A stretch of 63,002 nucleotides of DNA, counting the filler, from Intoshia linei (Eukaryota; Animalia; Orthonectida), in NCBI GenBank assembly GCA_001642005.1. It is 6 parts of 6 records of this genome, joined end to end, with 100 filler letters (N's around TTAATTAATTAA, not from the genome) between each part and the next. Parts side by side here need not be neighbours in the genome. Positions count along the whole stretch, not along the records: positions 1 to 30,995 come from LWCA01000349.1; 5 more parts are not named here. The stretch is one strand, 5' to 3'. Of this stretch, positions 1 through 12,789 are shown piece by piece; position 1 is the first letter of the stretch, and every line of letters begins with the position of its first letter. A model generated the notes under the pieces. It was not told the DNA's origin. It made no database searches and saw only the letters and a program-made list of their open reading frames with translations. The translations under genes and the position numbers were made by a program.

Positions 1-2254
1 GCAACGTCCAATTTCTTCGTTTAATGCATTAATACAGCTTGTTCTTGAAGGAACGGCATAATTGGTGACAGATTTTAAAATTTGCATTTTCCGTGACGAA
101 GTGTGTGTTTTGATACCTGCCCACCATGATGTGCTTAACTCAAGTTTACATTATTTTGAATTGAATTCACACAATTGTTATCCCACTCAATACCATTAGT
201 TTTAGATTGTTGTAATTGTGCTATAATAAATCTGTTTCTCTCTGTCAATTTCCGTTGCAATTCTGCCTCTTCACGTTCCATTTTTCTTTTATATGTACGA
301 TTATGGGCATTATCCAGCTTAGAAAAAGTCATCTTTCTTTCATTCCTCTGATCACGAAGAAAACACAAATCTTCAGAATGAGAACAAATTAATTCTGCAT
401 TTGTGTGTCATACAGTCCGACCCCGCTTTGGAGCAAACCTTGGTGTGGAGAATACTCGGTTTTTGGGGTATACTCGTGTTTTTGGAACTTTTTCAGAAAT
501 ATGATATTTTATAGTATTTATATCGATGTAATAGCAATATATATGAAATTAACCCCGCTTTTGGGGCAAAAATGTTGTAAATATAAAATATATAAGTATA
601 GTTCCTATAGTGATGACATTAATTTAAAATTATATTTATTTCAATATTTTACATACATTTACATTTAAACATGCCAATTTTGGATTATGAAACTAAACTA
701 GAAATGGCAAATATTTTGAAAGAAGGAAAAATTTCTGAACAAAAATTATGTGAAATATATAATACGAGTAAAAAAACAATTTCCCGAATTAAAAAATTAA
801 TGGTTCCAATTTTAAATAATGATATTGTAAATTTGATTGATGTCAATGAACCAATTACCTCGTCTACTTTATCTAATACGTTTATTGATTTAGATAAATT
901 GGTTTATGAGGCTTTTCTAAAATTAAGAGAACACAATATCTCTGTTTCAGGTACAACGTTAAAAACAATTGGCTAAATGTTGCTAAAAAATTGAAAATTG
1001 CAAATTTCAACGCGTCTAATGGATGGTTGGCGCGTTTTAAAGTAAGACATGATTTATCATTTAAATGTCTATATGGTGAAAGGAAATCATCCGATAAAAC
1101 ACAATTGGATACACTTTACGTTGATTATGATAATTTAAAATTGAAATATAAAATAAAATATATTTTTCATCTAAAAACGCTTGGATGACAAATAACATTT
1201 TTCATGCCTGGTTGACGATAATAAATAATTATATAATTACAAAAATATTCATAACTTTGATTTCAGATTTTTATTAAATTTTGATTTTCAGGTATTTAGC
1301 TGATAATTTCAATCTAAACGAGCGGTTCCCAAATGGGATACTGGGACCCCTAAGGGGTACCAGAAATTAGGAAGTATGTTTGGAAGCGCTGCCCTAAACC
1401 GTGTTGGACTGTAATAGAAACAAATGTAGTATCATAATGTATTGAATGAAAAATTAGATAACTTACTAAAACCCCTGTTTGTGGGGCACTTTTCAAAAAA
1501 TGGTGCCCCAAAGCGGGTTTATACTGTATATCGAATAATTTATCCATAATAGTAATAAAATTTTTTTAACGGAGTATTTGAGAATTGAATAGAGATTTTA
1601 TTTTTCTTTAATAGGCCATAGAATTAACAGTATTTCTTTAACTTATATATAATAAGGTTTTTATGTTTAATCGGAATAACTAGTACTCCACCAATCCATA
1701 ATCTTCATTACAGTTAAATTAACAATTTCAGAGAACAAATACGTTTTACTGTTATTATTAACATGATAAAAATAAACCTTCAATACATCTCTCATTGTCG
1801 GAAAATTATAGCAAGCAAAATATTCCATAACATACCCAATTAACCATCTATTGTATTTGGATCTTGTTGGTAACATTAAATGGTTAATTAATTATGTAAA
1901 GTAAATAAATTTTTAGATGACGATAATAAAAATATCAATTTATTATTTAATATAATAAACTCTATTGAACGTCAACGTTGACTCCTAAAATTTGGTATAC
2001 AGATACGTATTATTATGACGTATATACGTAGATAGAAAATATTATGATAAAATTTTATTATAATCATAAAGTTCATAAAAATCAAAAAAACTCAACTTTT
2101 AGTGTATTTCCCGCCCTTGAGCACCACTATAACATTATGGTAGAGTTGTAAAATTTTTGACAGGTGTATACATTAATGAAACAAACAAAATTTTCACTTG
2201 TCCCTCCAGAAAATCTGAAAATAATTATTTACTATGAAAAATATGTCCACCCTA
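1..2254 (-). mobile_element. Degraded DNA transposon, probably hATm-like, interrupted by a Tigger element
   Basis: Terminus TAGGGTGGAC (reverse complement, ends 2254). Transposase-like pieces LIG...FPTMRDVLKVYF (1667-1876). Removing the Tigger at 413-1526 restores an in-frame DKLFDI*HTNAELICSHSEDLCFLRDQRNERKM. Left end lies outside the window. Confidence 0.55.
413..1526 (+). mobile_element. Internally deleted Tigger/pogo transposon with frameshifted CENP-B-type HTH transposase remnant (671-1188)
   Basis: Imperfect 23-bp TIRs (cagtccgaccccgctttggagca / tgccccaaagcgggtttatactg) with TA on both sides. Motif FNASNGWLARFKVRH...GE is typical of the Tigger/CENP-B HTH. Frameshift near 974. Confidence 0.85.
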
Positions 2255-3098
2255 GTGTATATGCATTCTTATTCTTCTACCTGTAGAAAATTCTTTATGA
2301 CAGGGAAAGCGTAACTTTTGCGAGTTGAAAATTTTTGTGTATATTACTGGGAATACTAGCATTAGTCGTCATTTTTTTAATATTGATAGTAGAATAAAAT
2401 AATAATAATGAAATATATTACAATATGTAACAATTAATAATATGGATCAATAGTTAGTTGAAATGATGAACAGTCAAAGTTAACTTGTCCAATTAGATTC
2501 TAACAAGACAGAAAATATTTATTTATCACATTTCAATATAATTTGAATATTGTTATTCATATATATTTGATTGGAAAGATAATGAATGTATTAATTGACA
2601 CAAAACATACAAACGATACCGTTACATTGCACATTTTGTATTTTACAATCCTTTTTAATATAAAGCAATTTAGCTATCAATAAATATCAGGTAGTGTGTA
2701 ACCATTGATTTTACAAAGTAACAGAAGTACATTTTTAAACACAATTCGTGTTTCAATTTTAAGTTTTTCATGTTGTTTGAAATTTTGATTTTTAGAAGAC
2801 TTACTAATTACTAATTAAATATAGTCCTCCTAATCCTGTTAATATGCAGTAATCCTACAAATTATCCAATTACAAATGTGTTAAATATATAGTTCAACCT
2901 AAAAATTCTTCATAAACAACAGAAATATAGTTTATTATACATTAAACTTATACTGTAACATTAACTCAATTAAAATAAGTTTAACAAATCGAAAAAGAAT
3001 AAACAATTGTTAAAATAAAGAAAATAATTTTAATTTTTTATTGACAATATTAAAATATTAAAAAATATTGGTATCATAAAATTCATTGTTTGTTTCCA

Positions 3099-3341
3099 TC
3101 AACGCATTGGCATATAATTAAAATATGAATGCCGTCCTTGACTTTGGACGTAGTTGACATGTGCATTAATTTCTGCTTCAAGTTCTGCAATCATTTCATC
3201 AGTAACTATCGATTGTGTGTTCATATTCTGAGGGACCACGTCGTTAAATTCTTGTTGTATTGCATTCGCATTGAAGTTTGGAATTATTTTCAACAAATTT
3301 TCAGTTTCTGCAAGTATATTTTTATGATAAGTATTATACAT
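3099..3341 (-). CDS. Orphan 80-aa protein, tandem family copy 1
   Basis: Open frame from the ATG shared by all copies (MYNTYHKNILAETENLL...YFNYMPMR). Paralogs at 6263, 7208 and 10891. Confidence 0.55.
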   Translation of the reverse strand: MYNTYHKNILAETENLLKIIPNFNANAIQQEFNDVVPQNMNTQSIVTDEMIAELEAEINAHVNYVQSQGRHSYFNYMPMR

Positions 3342-3658
3342 TTTTTTAAGTTGACAGTAGAATAAAATAGCAATAATGAAATTTATTATAATATGTAACA
3401 ATTAATAATATGAATCAATAGTTAGTTTAAATGATGAACAGTTAAAGTTAACTTGTCCAATCGGATTCTGACAAGATCGAAAGTATTTATTTATCACATT
3501 TCAAAATAGTCTGTATATTGTTACTAATATATATTTTGATTGGACAGATAATTAATGTATTAATTGGCCGAAAATATACACACGATACCGTTACATTGTA
3601 CATTTTACAATCCTATCCAATATATAGCAATTTAGCTAAATATAAATGTCAGTGTCTG

Positions 3659-5945
3659 CAGAGCCGTTTTAAGGCATGAGCAATATGGGCTGTAGCCCAG
3701 GGCCCCTCATTAAAAAAGGGCCCCAAATTAATAAAAGTACTTTACATTTATATCTTAAAAAGAGGCCCCCACACAGCCTGTCTGAACTAACATTTAGTTC
3801 AAAAAAATTACTCATCCAAAATTTTAACATTTTCTGATTTGGCACACTTTCAGAAGTATTTTAAAAAAAAATTCTTAATAATCCTTTATGAGTAAAGGTC
3901 AAAAATGTATATTTTTCTCAAAAAATTTAAATAGATGGAGATTTCAATGTCTTAAAACTTTTGAATTCAAATTTTTTTAATTTTAAGACTTCAAACATTG
4001 TGTAAAATTTTTTTGAAATGGCATATATAAGTATTATATAATATATAATAATATATATAATCTCAGTATCAGTGAATATTGAAATAAAATTTAATAAATA
4101 ACTTTTATACCCAATTATCAACTTTTAGCCAAACTTTTTTGAATTCTTTAAAAATAGTATTAACTGTACCAATCAACAAATGCAATTCAGGTGGAGGTAT
4201 TATGTCAAGTATTTTTTATTATCTTCTTCAAATATGGGTGGATGAATTACATTACCAAATTTTTTTGCGAATTTTTTTTTTGCTTCAGCAATTTTCCAAG
4301 TTGAATAAAGTTCTATCAAATTCCCAATAGTTCTCAACTTTCCACAAGCACTTAACAATAAATTTTCTTTTGAAATATCACACCAAGTACAAGGGTAATT
4401 GGAACCATGACCCATTAAACCTGCTGTAATTCTTAGGAATATCTGGAATTATTGCTAAAATTAAAAGTTTGTTAACACTGGCATCTTTTCTCTTTTTTGC
4501 ACTGTAAATCTGTCTCTTGAAAGTAGTCTCTTCATCTGCATTCAGTAGACTTAAACATACCTAAATTTGAAAGTGATAATTTAGAAATTAGTTAAATGAA
4601 ATGCCTTGAAAAATCCACCTACTCCATCAATTCCAACCTTCAAACTACCAGATTCAGCAAGTACCTGAATATTGTTAACTCTCATAGCTTGAGTACAAGA
4701 ATGCAACTTACCACGAGCTAATGTTGATAGGCAAAAGCTACATACTATCATTGGCGAAGGTTTTTTTGACACTTCAAAATCACTATCTCCTATTTTTGGA
4801 CGTCCAGAAGAATAACGTTTTTTAATTTTAGGAACACTATTATTACTATTAAAAATGAATGATTAAGAATTAATGGTGAGTTTAGAATGTTCAAAAATTT
4901 CAATTTTTCTACTGAAAATACAATTTCCATATTCATGGAAAATTTTCTGGTAGTTGCTGCATATCACATTAGGTAAACGATCATCATTGTTATCAATACC
5001 TAGATCAAAATATAGCTCAACCAGTGACCATACACAAATAGAGATCGAACACATAACTTTTGTTTTACCAAAACACAATAAATATAACCTTTTCCTATTT
5101 TGTTCATGCATGATAATAACAAAAAATAAGTAGAATATAATTTGAAATTTAACGCAAAACAAATTTTCATCAATGTAGATTAGTTACAAAAACAATAAAG
5201 GTTAAAATTAGTATTATTGAACATTTTATTGAAATTTTTAGAGAAAAATATACATTTTTGACCTTTATTCAAAAACGCTACTAAGAATTTTTTTAATTTT
5301 TTTTAAAATACTCCTGAAAGTGTGCCAAATCAGAAAATGTTGAAATTTTGGATGAGTAATTTTTTTGAACTAAATGTTAGTTCAGACAGGCTGTGCCCAA
5401 TTTATTAAAAAATACTTCACATTTATATTTTAAGAATCAGTTTATAAGTTTTGAAGTGTGGGAATTCAAATAGCTAGAAAGAAAATAGTTTAAAGAATTA
5501 AAGTTCTGGTAATTATTCGATTTAAAATATATTATGCAATATTTATCATATAATATTGATTAAAAACTATTTTAAATGATAATAAACATTAAAACTTTTC
5601 TATTAAAGTGAATATTCAAAAAAGAAAGGAAGAAATCTTTGATTTCTCTTGTTCTTAAAATTAAACATTTAAAAAAGAAAGTAGTATTCAAATGAAAAAG
5701 TAAACTTTGTTCATTAATTAATGTAAGTAGGTTTTTGTAAAAAAAATAAAAGTTACTAGAAACCTACATAATATCTTTTAATGCTTTTATTAATACTCAA
5801 TGAAATAAGACTTTAAGTCTCCAACAAACAGTATTCCCTGTCTTTTAAACAGGAGTCCTAATTTTTTTTATCGTTTCGCTCAAAATTTTAAAGGGACCGG
5901 CCCTTTGCTTAGCCCAGGACCCCGAAGTGGCTTAAGACGGCTCTG
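3659..5945. mobile_element. hAT-type non-autonomous element (MITE) hosting a Chapaev element
   Basis: TIRs cagagccgttttaag / cttaagacggctctg. 8-bp TSD agtgtctg/agtgtgtg. The empty site is visible in sister repeat units (~2690, ~7765). Confidence 0.8.
3772..5395 (-). mobile_element. Chapaev-type (CMC) DNA transposon, internally deleted, with transposase pseudogene fragments
   Basis: ~150-bp TIRs starting CACAGCCTGTCTGAACTAAC and a perfect 4-bp TSD ccca. Cys-rich N-terminal pieces (RKRLYLLCFGK; DDRLPNVICS; CSFCLSTLARGKLHSC) and core motifs GHGSNYPCTWC...RTIG...PPPELHLLIG. Confidence 0.75.
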
Positions 5946-6262
5946 AGTGTGTGTAACCATTTATTTAGTGATATAATGAACCACCCTAATACATAACATT
6001 ACATATTATTTTTATAATATGTTTTCCAGAGAATTATAGCTGATTCATATTTTTATGAATTATTATGAATTATGAAAAAATTTTATGACGCTACAGAGCG
6101 CTGTGGTAACAAAGATTAGGAATCACTAAATTAAATGAAAGACAATAATAATACAATAATGAGTGAAAATAAACATAAAATATATAGTAATTTTTATTTT
6201 GACAATATTAAAACATTTTATTAAAAAAATATTTATAGTGTACAATTAATTGTTGATTTCCA

Positions 6263-6505
6263 TCAATGCATTATCATATAATTAAAATATGAATCAATCC
6301 CTCCTTGACTTTGGACATATTCAAGATGTGCATTAAATTCTGCGTCAAGTTCTGCCATCATTTCATCAATAATTAACAGTTCTGTGTTGATATTCTGAAG
6401 GGCCACGTTAAATTGTTGTTGTATTTCATTCTCATCGAAGTTTGGAATCATTTTCAACAAATTTTCTGTTTCTGCAAGTATATTTTTATGATAAGTATTA
6501 CACAT
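6263..6505 (-). CDS. Orphan 80-aa protein, tandem family copy 2 (most divergent)
   Basis: Intact ORF. Differs from the other copies by one codon deletion and one codon insertion that keep the frame. Confidence 0.55.
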   Translation of the reverse strand: MCNTYHKNILAETENLLKMIPNFDENEIQQQFNVALQNINTELLIIDEMMAELDAEFNAHLEYVQSQGGIDSYFNYMIMH

Positions 6506-7207
6506 TATTTTAATATTGACAGTAGAATAAAATAGTAATAATGAAATTTATTATAATATGTAAAAATTAATAATATGGATCAATAGTTAGTTTAAATGAT
6601 GTACAGATAAAGTTAACTTGTCTAATTAGATTCTGACAAGACAGAAAGTATTTATTTATCACAATTCAATATAATTTAAATATTGTTATTTCTATATATT
6701 TGATTGGACAGATAATGAATGTATTAATTGACACAAAACATACAAACAATACCGTTACATTGCACATTTTGTATTTTACAATCCTTTTTAATATAAAGCA
6801 ATTTAGCTATCAATAAATGCCAGATAGTTTGTAACTATTTATTTTACAAAGTAACAGGAGTACATTTTTAAACACAATACGTGTTTTAATTTTAAGTTTT
6901 AGTTTTTTATGTTGTTTGAAATTTTGATATTTAGAAGACTTTATAAGATCAAATATAATCCTAAAAATAATCCAATCACAAATTTGTTACATATATAGTT
7001 AAACCTAAAAAATCTTCATAAATAAAAGAAATATAGCTTATTTTACATTAAACTTATACTGTAACATTAACTCAATTAAAATAATAAAATTATTAAATCA
7101 AAAAAGATTAAACAATTGTTAAAATAAAGAAAATAATTTTAATTTTTTATTGACAATATTAAAACATTAAAAAATATTGATATCATACAATTAATTGTTT
7201 GTTTCCA

Positions 7208-7450
7208 TCAACGCATTGGCATATAATTAAAATATGAATGCCCTCCTTGACTTTGGACGTAGTTGACATGTGAATTAATTTCTGCTTCAAGTTCTGCAAT
7301 CATTTCATCAGTAACTATCGGTTGTGTGTTCATATTCTGAGGGACCACGTCGTTAAATTCTTGTTGTATTGCATTCGCATCGAAGTTTGGAATGATTTTC
7401 AACAAATTTTTAGTTTCAGCAAGTATATTTTTATAATAAGTATTACACAT
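7208..7450 (-). CDS. Orphan 80-aa protein, tandem family copy 3
   Basis: Intact ORF MCNTYYKNILAETKNLL...YFNYMPMR. Confidence 0.55.
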   Translation of the reverse strand: MCNTYYKNILAETKNLLKIIPNFDANAIQQEFNDVVPQNMNTQPIVTDEMIAELEAEINSHVNYVQSQGGHSYFNYMPMR

Positions 7451-8060
7451 TTTTTTAATGTTGACAGTAGAATAAAATAGCAATAATGAAATTTATTACA
7501 ATATGTAATAATTTACAATGTGAATCAATACTTAGTTGAAAGGATGAACAGATAAAGTTAAATTGGCCAATTGGATTCTGACAAGACAGAAAGTATTGAT
7601 TTATCACATTTCAAAGTAATTTGATTATTTTTATTAATATATATATTTCATTGGATAGATAATGAATGTATTAATTGAACAAAACACACACGATACCGTT
7701 ACTTTGTTCATTTTGTATTTTACAATCCTTTCTAATATAAAGCAATTTAGTTAACAATAAATGTCAGGTAGTGTGTAGCCATTTATTTTGCAAAGTAATA
7801 TGAGTACATTTTTATAACACAATTCGTGGATAATTTTAAATTTTAGTTTTTTATGTTGTTTGAAATTTTGATATTTAAAAGACTCTATAACAATGGTTCT
7901 TAATCTTTTTTGATCTATGCACCCCAAAATATTGATCTTCCTGACTAAAAATCTCCCCTGAGTAAAAATCAATTAATACAATATTAATTATAAATGAAGT
8001 GTTAACTAGTTACTTAAATTAAAGGATAAAATTAAGAATTAAAGCTGCTTTGGGCATACT

Positions 8061-8547
8061 CACGGCCGTGGAGAGCCAGCAGTAGGTCCGGGCTAGATGG
8101 AAAGTGTAGGCCCCTATAAAATTAATTTAAAAATGGGACCTCTATACATTGATTAATCAATCGTTCATTATCTAAAAATTGAAAATAACCATTGGAAATC
8201 GCATTGATTATCGAAATTTTGGTATACTTAAGAAATTTTTTATCAATACCTATTAACCCTTTCACTGTCTGTGTATTCTATACTATACACAGCAATTTCA
8301 CTTCACACGTCTGTGTATTCCGTAATATACACAGCATAATTTTGAAAAACTTTTTTTAACTATTTTTTTATTGTCATACATTTTCACATAGGTAATTTAA
8401 AAATAATACAAGTTTAAATCAAAACATAAATTCCAGGCGCGTGGTGATGCATCATAAAATAGTATTAGACAGTGAAAGGGTTAATAAATTAAAAAAATAG
8501 GCCCTCATAATTGTAGACACGGGACATATTACCTCTCCACGACCTTG
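8061..8547. mobile_element. MITE nested in the Buster element
   Basis: Imperfect TIRs cacggccgtggagag / ctctccacgaccttg; TSD not clean. Confidence 0.55.
8257..8480. mobile_element. piggyBac-type MITE (224 bp)
   Basis: Perfect 14-bp TIRs ccctttcactgtct / agacagtgaaaggg with TTAA on both sides. Confidence 0.9.
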
Positions 8548-10890
8548 TATGTACTTACTTCAAACCATTATAAAAATGAAAACATGTCAACTATTATATC
8601 CACTAAAAACTTTGTAAGTACTACTGCAATATCCAGTAGATATATTGTCTATTTTCCATTGAAAAATATTGGAAAATGTAGTAGCCCTGGTCATACTATC
8701 AAATTAATTAATCAAAAATGGACTATTAAAATATAATGTTAAAGACTCAGAAAATAGACGAATTAAGTAGAAGCGGAAAACTATTCCATAAAAATTGAAC
8801 AAATTTATTTACATAAATTTTAATGGGATCGTTGTTGTTGCTTTGAAATAAGAAGTAAGCTAAACCTTTGCATTGTTTTTGATAGGCTCACTAACATATC
8901 GGCACGGACATCCAATTTATTTTTTTTTTAATTTGTTAGAGTTCAAAATCTAGCCTCACAAAACTATGTTGTAACAAAAGTAATAATTACTGCAAGGGCC
9001 TTTTTAGTCACAAATGGAAAAATATTAAGCAGACTACACCAAAATCCACCAAGCTTCATGCCTTCTAATTTCACTTTTAATATTTCTTTAGGTAAATCGA
9101 ATATATCATCTTTAAAACTATTGTAATCATCTATAATATATTTTGCAACGAGAGCCACTGGAAAAATCAAGAAACCAAAGTAACTTATAGAGGGACAAAA
9201 CAAATTTTATATATATTTTAATGTATTAATATATAATTTATTTCGAATACATCAATTCTCTGGTAGTTTTATTTAATGGCTCGCAAAACAGATATTCCTA
9301 CTTAATTTTATCATTCACAACATATCTTACAAATTCATCAGTAGATTCGTCCAATTGTAGACTAAATTTTACTAGGCTTTTTCGAAGTTCATCTACAACT
9401 TCAAATTCGATAACTTCTGCTAAATTTTTAATCCTTTTACAATGTAATTGATGTAAGTACAGCTTTTTGTTTTTCGTCAAGTACAACTCTGCCATTTTAA
9501 GATCAAAGGGTTTGATAAACGTTTCCGATGGTATGAGGCTTTTTTTGTTTAGAAATCATGTAAGCAACATGATATTATTCATTTAAAATTTTGTTACATT
9601 GAGAAGAAATGATAAATTTATCAACTTTTCCACCTATATCGAAACGTTTTCTTTTTCGAGCGATAACTTCAACGCTGTCAGTGATGTTTGAGTGGTTTAC
9701 ATTCTTATGATTACGTAGGCGGCTTGGGTTCATGGTATTATTCATACAACTCCGAACAGTAAATGCACTGAGGTTTTTCGGTTTCATCTGCATCTTTACG
9801 ACAAGTAAAACCAAGTTCTGCGTAATCGTCATTTTATTCTCTTATTTTAGACATTCTTAGTATATGTTAAAAATTCTATCATACTTTATATAAAAAATAC
9901 ATAATTTGTATACCTTAAAAAAGTTGAATATAATGAATTAAAATAATTATTAAATGATTATAAATAAATTCAATGAGCGTTAATTATTAAGTTAACTTAA
10001 TAAGTAATAACAAGATGAAAGTATGTCTTATATATAATCGTTTTGTTGATAATAAAAATGTCAATTATGTAATTTCACTCAATTAGAAAAAAAATGATTA
10101 TTCACCCTTGGTGGTGCATACATCCCGGTTAAGAACCACTCCTGTATAAGATAAATCAAATAAGATCAAATACAAATCTAAAACATAATCCAATTATAGA
10201 TAAACCAAAAAAATCGTTATAAATAACAGAAATATAGTTTATTTTACACTAAACTTATACTGTATGAATATATAACATGTAAGTAAAATATGTTGAAAGG
10301 ATGTTAGTTTAAGTTAACTTGTTCAATCGGATTCTGAGAAAACAGAAAGTATTTATTTATCATATTTGAAAATAATTTGAATATTGTTATTAATATGTAT
10401 TTGATTGGACAGATAATGAATTTATTAATTGACACAAAACATACACACGATACCGTTATTTTGTACATTTTGTATTTTACAATCATTTCTAATATAAAGC
10501 AATATAGCTGAAAATATTGGTCAAGTTGTGTGTAACCATTTATTTTACAAAGTAAGACGAGTACATTTTTAAAACATAATTCGTGGATAATTTTAAATTT
10601 CAATTTTTAATGTTGTTGAAAATTTAATATTTAGAAGACTTCATAAGATCAAAAATAATCTTAAAAACTATCCAATTATTGCTAAACCAAAAAAATCGTT
10701 ATAAATAACAGAAATATAGTTTATTTTACGCTAAATTTATACTGTAACATTAACTCAAATAAAATAATAAGACTAACAAATCGAAAAAGAATCAACAATT
10801 GTTAAAATAAACAAAATAATTTTAATTTTTTATTGACAATATTAAAATATTAAAAAATATTGGTATCATAAAATTCATTGTTTGTTTCCA

Positions 10891-11133
10891 TCAACGCATT
10901 GGCATATAATTAAAATATGAATGCCGTCCTTGACTTTGGACGTAGTTGACATGTGCATTAATTTCTGCTTCAAGTTCTGCAATCATTTCATCAGTAACTA
11001 CTGGTTCCGTGTTGATATTCTGAGGTACCACATGGTTAAATTCTTGTTGTATTGCATTCACATCAAAGTTTGGAATCATTTTCAACAAATTTTTAGTTTC
11101 TGCAAGTATATTGTTATGATAAGTATTACACAT
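10891..11133 (-). CDS. Orphan 80-aa protein, tandem family copy 4
   Basis: Intact ORF MCNTYHNNILAETKNLL...YFNYMPMR. Confidence 0.55.
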   Translation of the reverse strand: MCNTYHNNILAETKNLLKMIPNFDVNAIQQEFNHVVPQNINTEPVVTDEMIAELEAEINAHVNYVQSQGRHSYFNYMPMR

Positions 11134-11667
11134 TTTTTTAATGTTGTAAGTAGAATAAAATAGCAATAATGAAATATATCAAAAATTAATATGTATCAAT
11201 AGTTAGCTGAAATATCAAATTAATATGACCAATAGGATTCTGACAGGCAGAGAATATGTTTTATCTCATATCAAAAGAATTTTTCTATTGTTACCAATAC
11301 ATATTTTGATTGGACAGATAATTCATTTATTAATTGACACTAAACATTTAACTATATCGTTAGATTGCGTACATTTTGTATTTTCAATAAAATCTTAGAT
11401 TATATATTATAATATACAGTGTATATTATACACCCAATATAAAATCGTCTCTCCGTAGATCTAGCTGCTGTTTGTACAATGTACACAATACTCAAGCTAT
11501 ACCCAAATAGAAAATAGTTGGATTCATTCCATGAAAAAATTTGAGAACGCCCGTTATCATTATAAAAAATATTTTTTTTATTTATTATTATCATCGTCAG
11601 TGTCCCACATATGCTTATATGTAATTTAGTAAAATTATAAATGATATAATGTATTTTTATGTACAAA

Positions 11668-12789
11668 TTAATTAGGTAATCGTTTAACAATTTTATCAAT
11701 AATTTGATTATCGTATTGAGTATTCCCATGAATCAAGTGTGATTTATTGAGTTTATCAAGGATGGAATTTTTCTTTTCTTCAATGATTTGATCCTGATCA
11801 TGAAGCTTTAAAATATTTAAAGTTTTGGTATTTTTTGTTTGAATTTTAACATAATTATCATAATCCTCAACATCCTGTAAAATAAAATTTGAATACCTGT
11901 CTAAAATAGAATCAATCGCAGTATTACTGAAAAAATTAATGTATATCTGATCCAATTGAGATTTATCAATATTTTTTTTAATTAATTTATTTGGGAAATT
12001 GTCATACTTGATAACATTATTATCTTTAATAACATCCAAGGCCAGTTGATTTGATTCTAGTGATTGAAAGTTACAAATTAAGATATTAGATATTGTAGTG
12101 TCTAAAATAATTTCTCCAATTTCATGCAAATGCACATCGTCAATTGTACCATGTAATTGTAATATGTGTCTACTGTAATTAGGACGATTCAACCGATTCA
12201 AACAAAACATTAATAAATTATCCATTATTCGATTAACTGGGCCTTTTGCACTACGCTTATCGTATTCAATATGTCTTCTTAAATGTCGAATCTTTTTTTT
12301 TCCGAAATAATTTAAACTATTCCAACAAACTTCAAATAAAGCATCGTCAATGTATTGTTCAAATGTAAAAGCTCGTCTGATAAATAAATCGTAAACTTTG
12401 ACAGATATATTTTGTATTATAATGTCGTTTATGTAATTTTTCAGTTGAATCGATATCCATTCGTCAATTATCAAATTAAAAGTATTTTTGCACAATTGAT
12501 TTCTGAACAAATCTCTACTGAACTTTAAAATTACTTGACTAAATTCATTGCTAATAAAGTCTTCAATGTAATTATCAATTACTCTACGATACATCATGTG
12601 AACCTGTGTTTGAATGGTAAAAATTTCTTGGGGTGATTGAGGATATAGATTTTCGCTTTCATTTCTTTTTGACTGGTCTATGACGTAGTCTTCGTTTAAA
12701 TTTGCAGCTAAAATTGGAATTATACTTTTTACTGTTTCGTCGATTAGATTGTTGAGTAGAATCTTAAATACACCTTCGTATTCTGACAT
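11668..12789 (-). CDS. Uncharacterised 373-aa predicted helical protein (single long ORF; upstream exons possible)
   Basis: 1.1-kb stop-free frame in highly AT-rich DNA, unlikely by chance. No family recognised. Confidence 0.7.
   Translation of the reverse strand: MSEYEGVFKILLNNLIDETVKSIIPILAANLNEDYVIDQSKRNESENLYPQSPQEIFTIQTQVHMMYRRVIDNYIEDFISNEFSQVILKFSRDLFRNQLCKNTFNLIIDEWISIQLKNYINDIIIQNISVKVYDLFIRRAFTFEQYIDDALFEVCWNSLNYFGKKKIRHLRRHIEYDKRSAKGPVNRIMDNLLMFCLNRLNRPNYSRHILQLHGTIDDVHLHEIGEIILDTTISNILICNFQSLESNQLALDVIKDNNVIKYDNFPNKLIKKNIDKSQLDQIYINFFSNTAIDSILDRYSNFILQDVEDYDNYVKIQTKNTKTLNILKLHDQDQIIEEKKNSILDKLNKSHLIHGNTQYDNQIIDKIVKRLPN

Larger units (their letters stand above)
7891..10141 (-). 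mobile_element. hAT Buster/Charlie-type transposon, decayed
   Basis: TIRs caatggttcttaa / ttaagaaccact and an 8-bp nnnTAnnn TSD ctctataa/ctgtataa. BED finger DDYAELGF...KPQCIYC...MNPSRLRNH, catalytic FSLQLDESTD, and dimerisation-domain FWCSLL...FVTT*FCEARF. Confidence 0.85.
2370..11390. repeat. Tandem ~0.95-kb repeat array carrying an 80-aa ORF (four ORF copies plus ORF-less partial units), interrupted by transposons
   Basis: Near-identical blocks (e.g. aaagttaacttgtccaat...ttctgacaagacagaa; acgataccgttac) recur at ~2480, 3450, 6610, 7560, 10310 and 11230. Uninterrupted spacing from 6263 to 7208 is 945 bp. Confidence 0.9.

Noticed and set aside
3129-11163. Plus-strand ORFs 3129-3365 and 10921-11163 antisense to the 80-aa family
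   Set aside because: Reported in only two of four copies; likely shadows of the minus-strand ORF.
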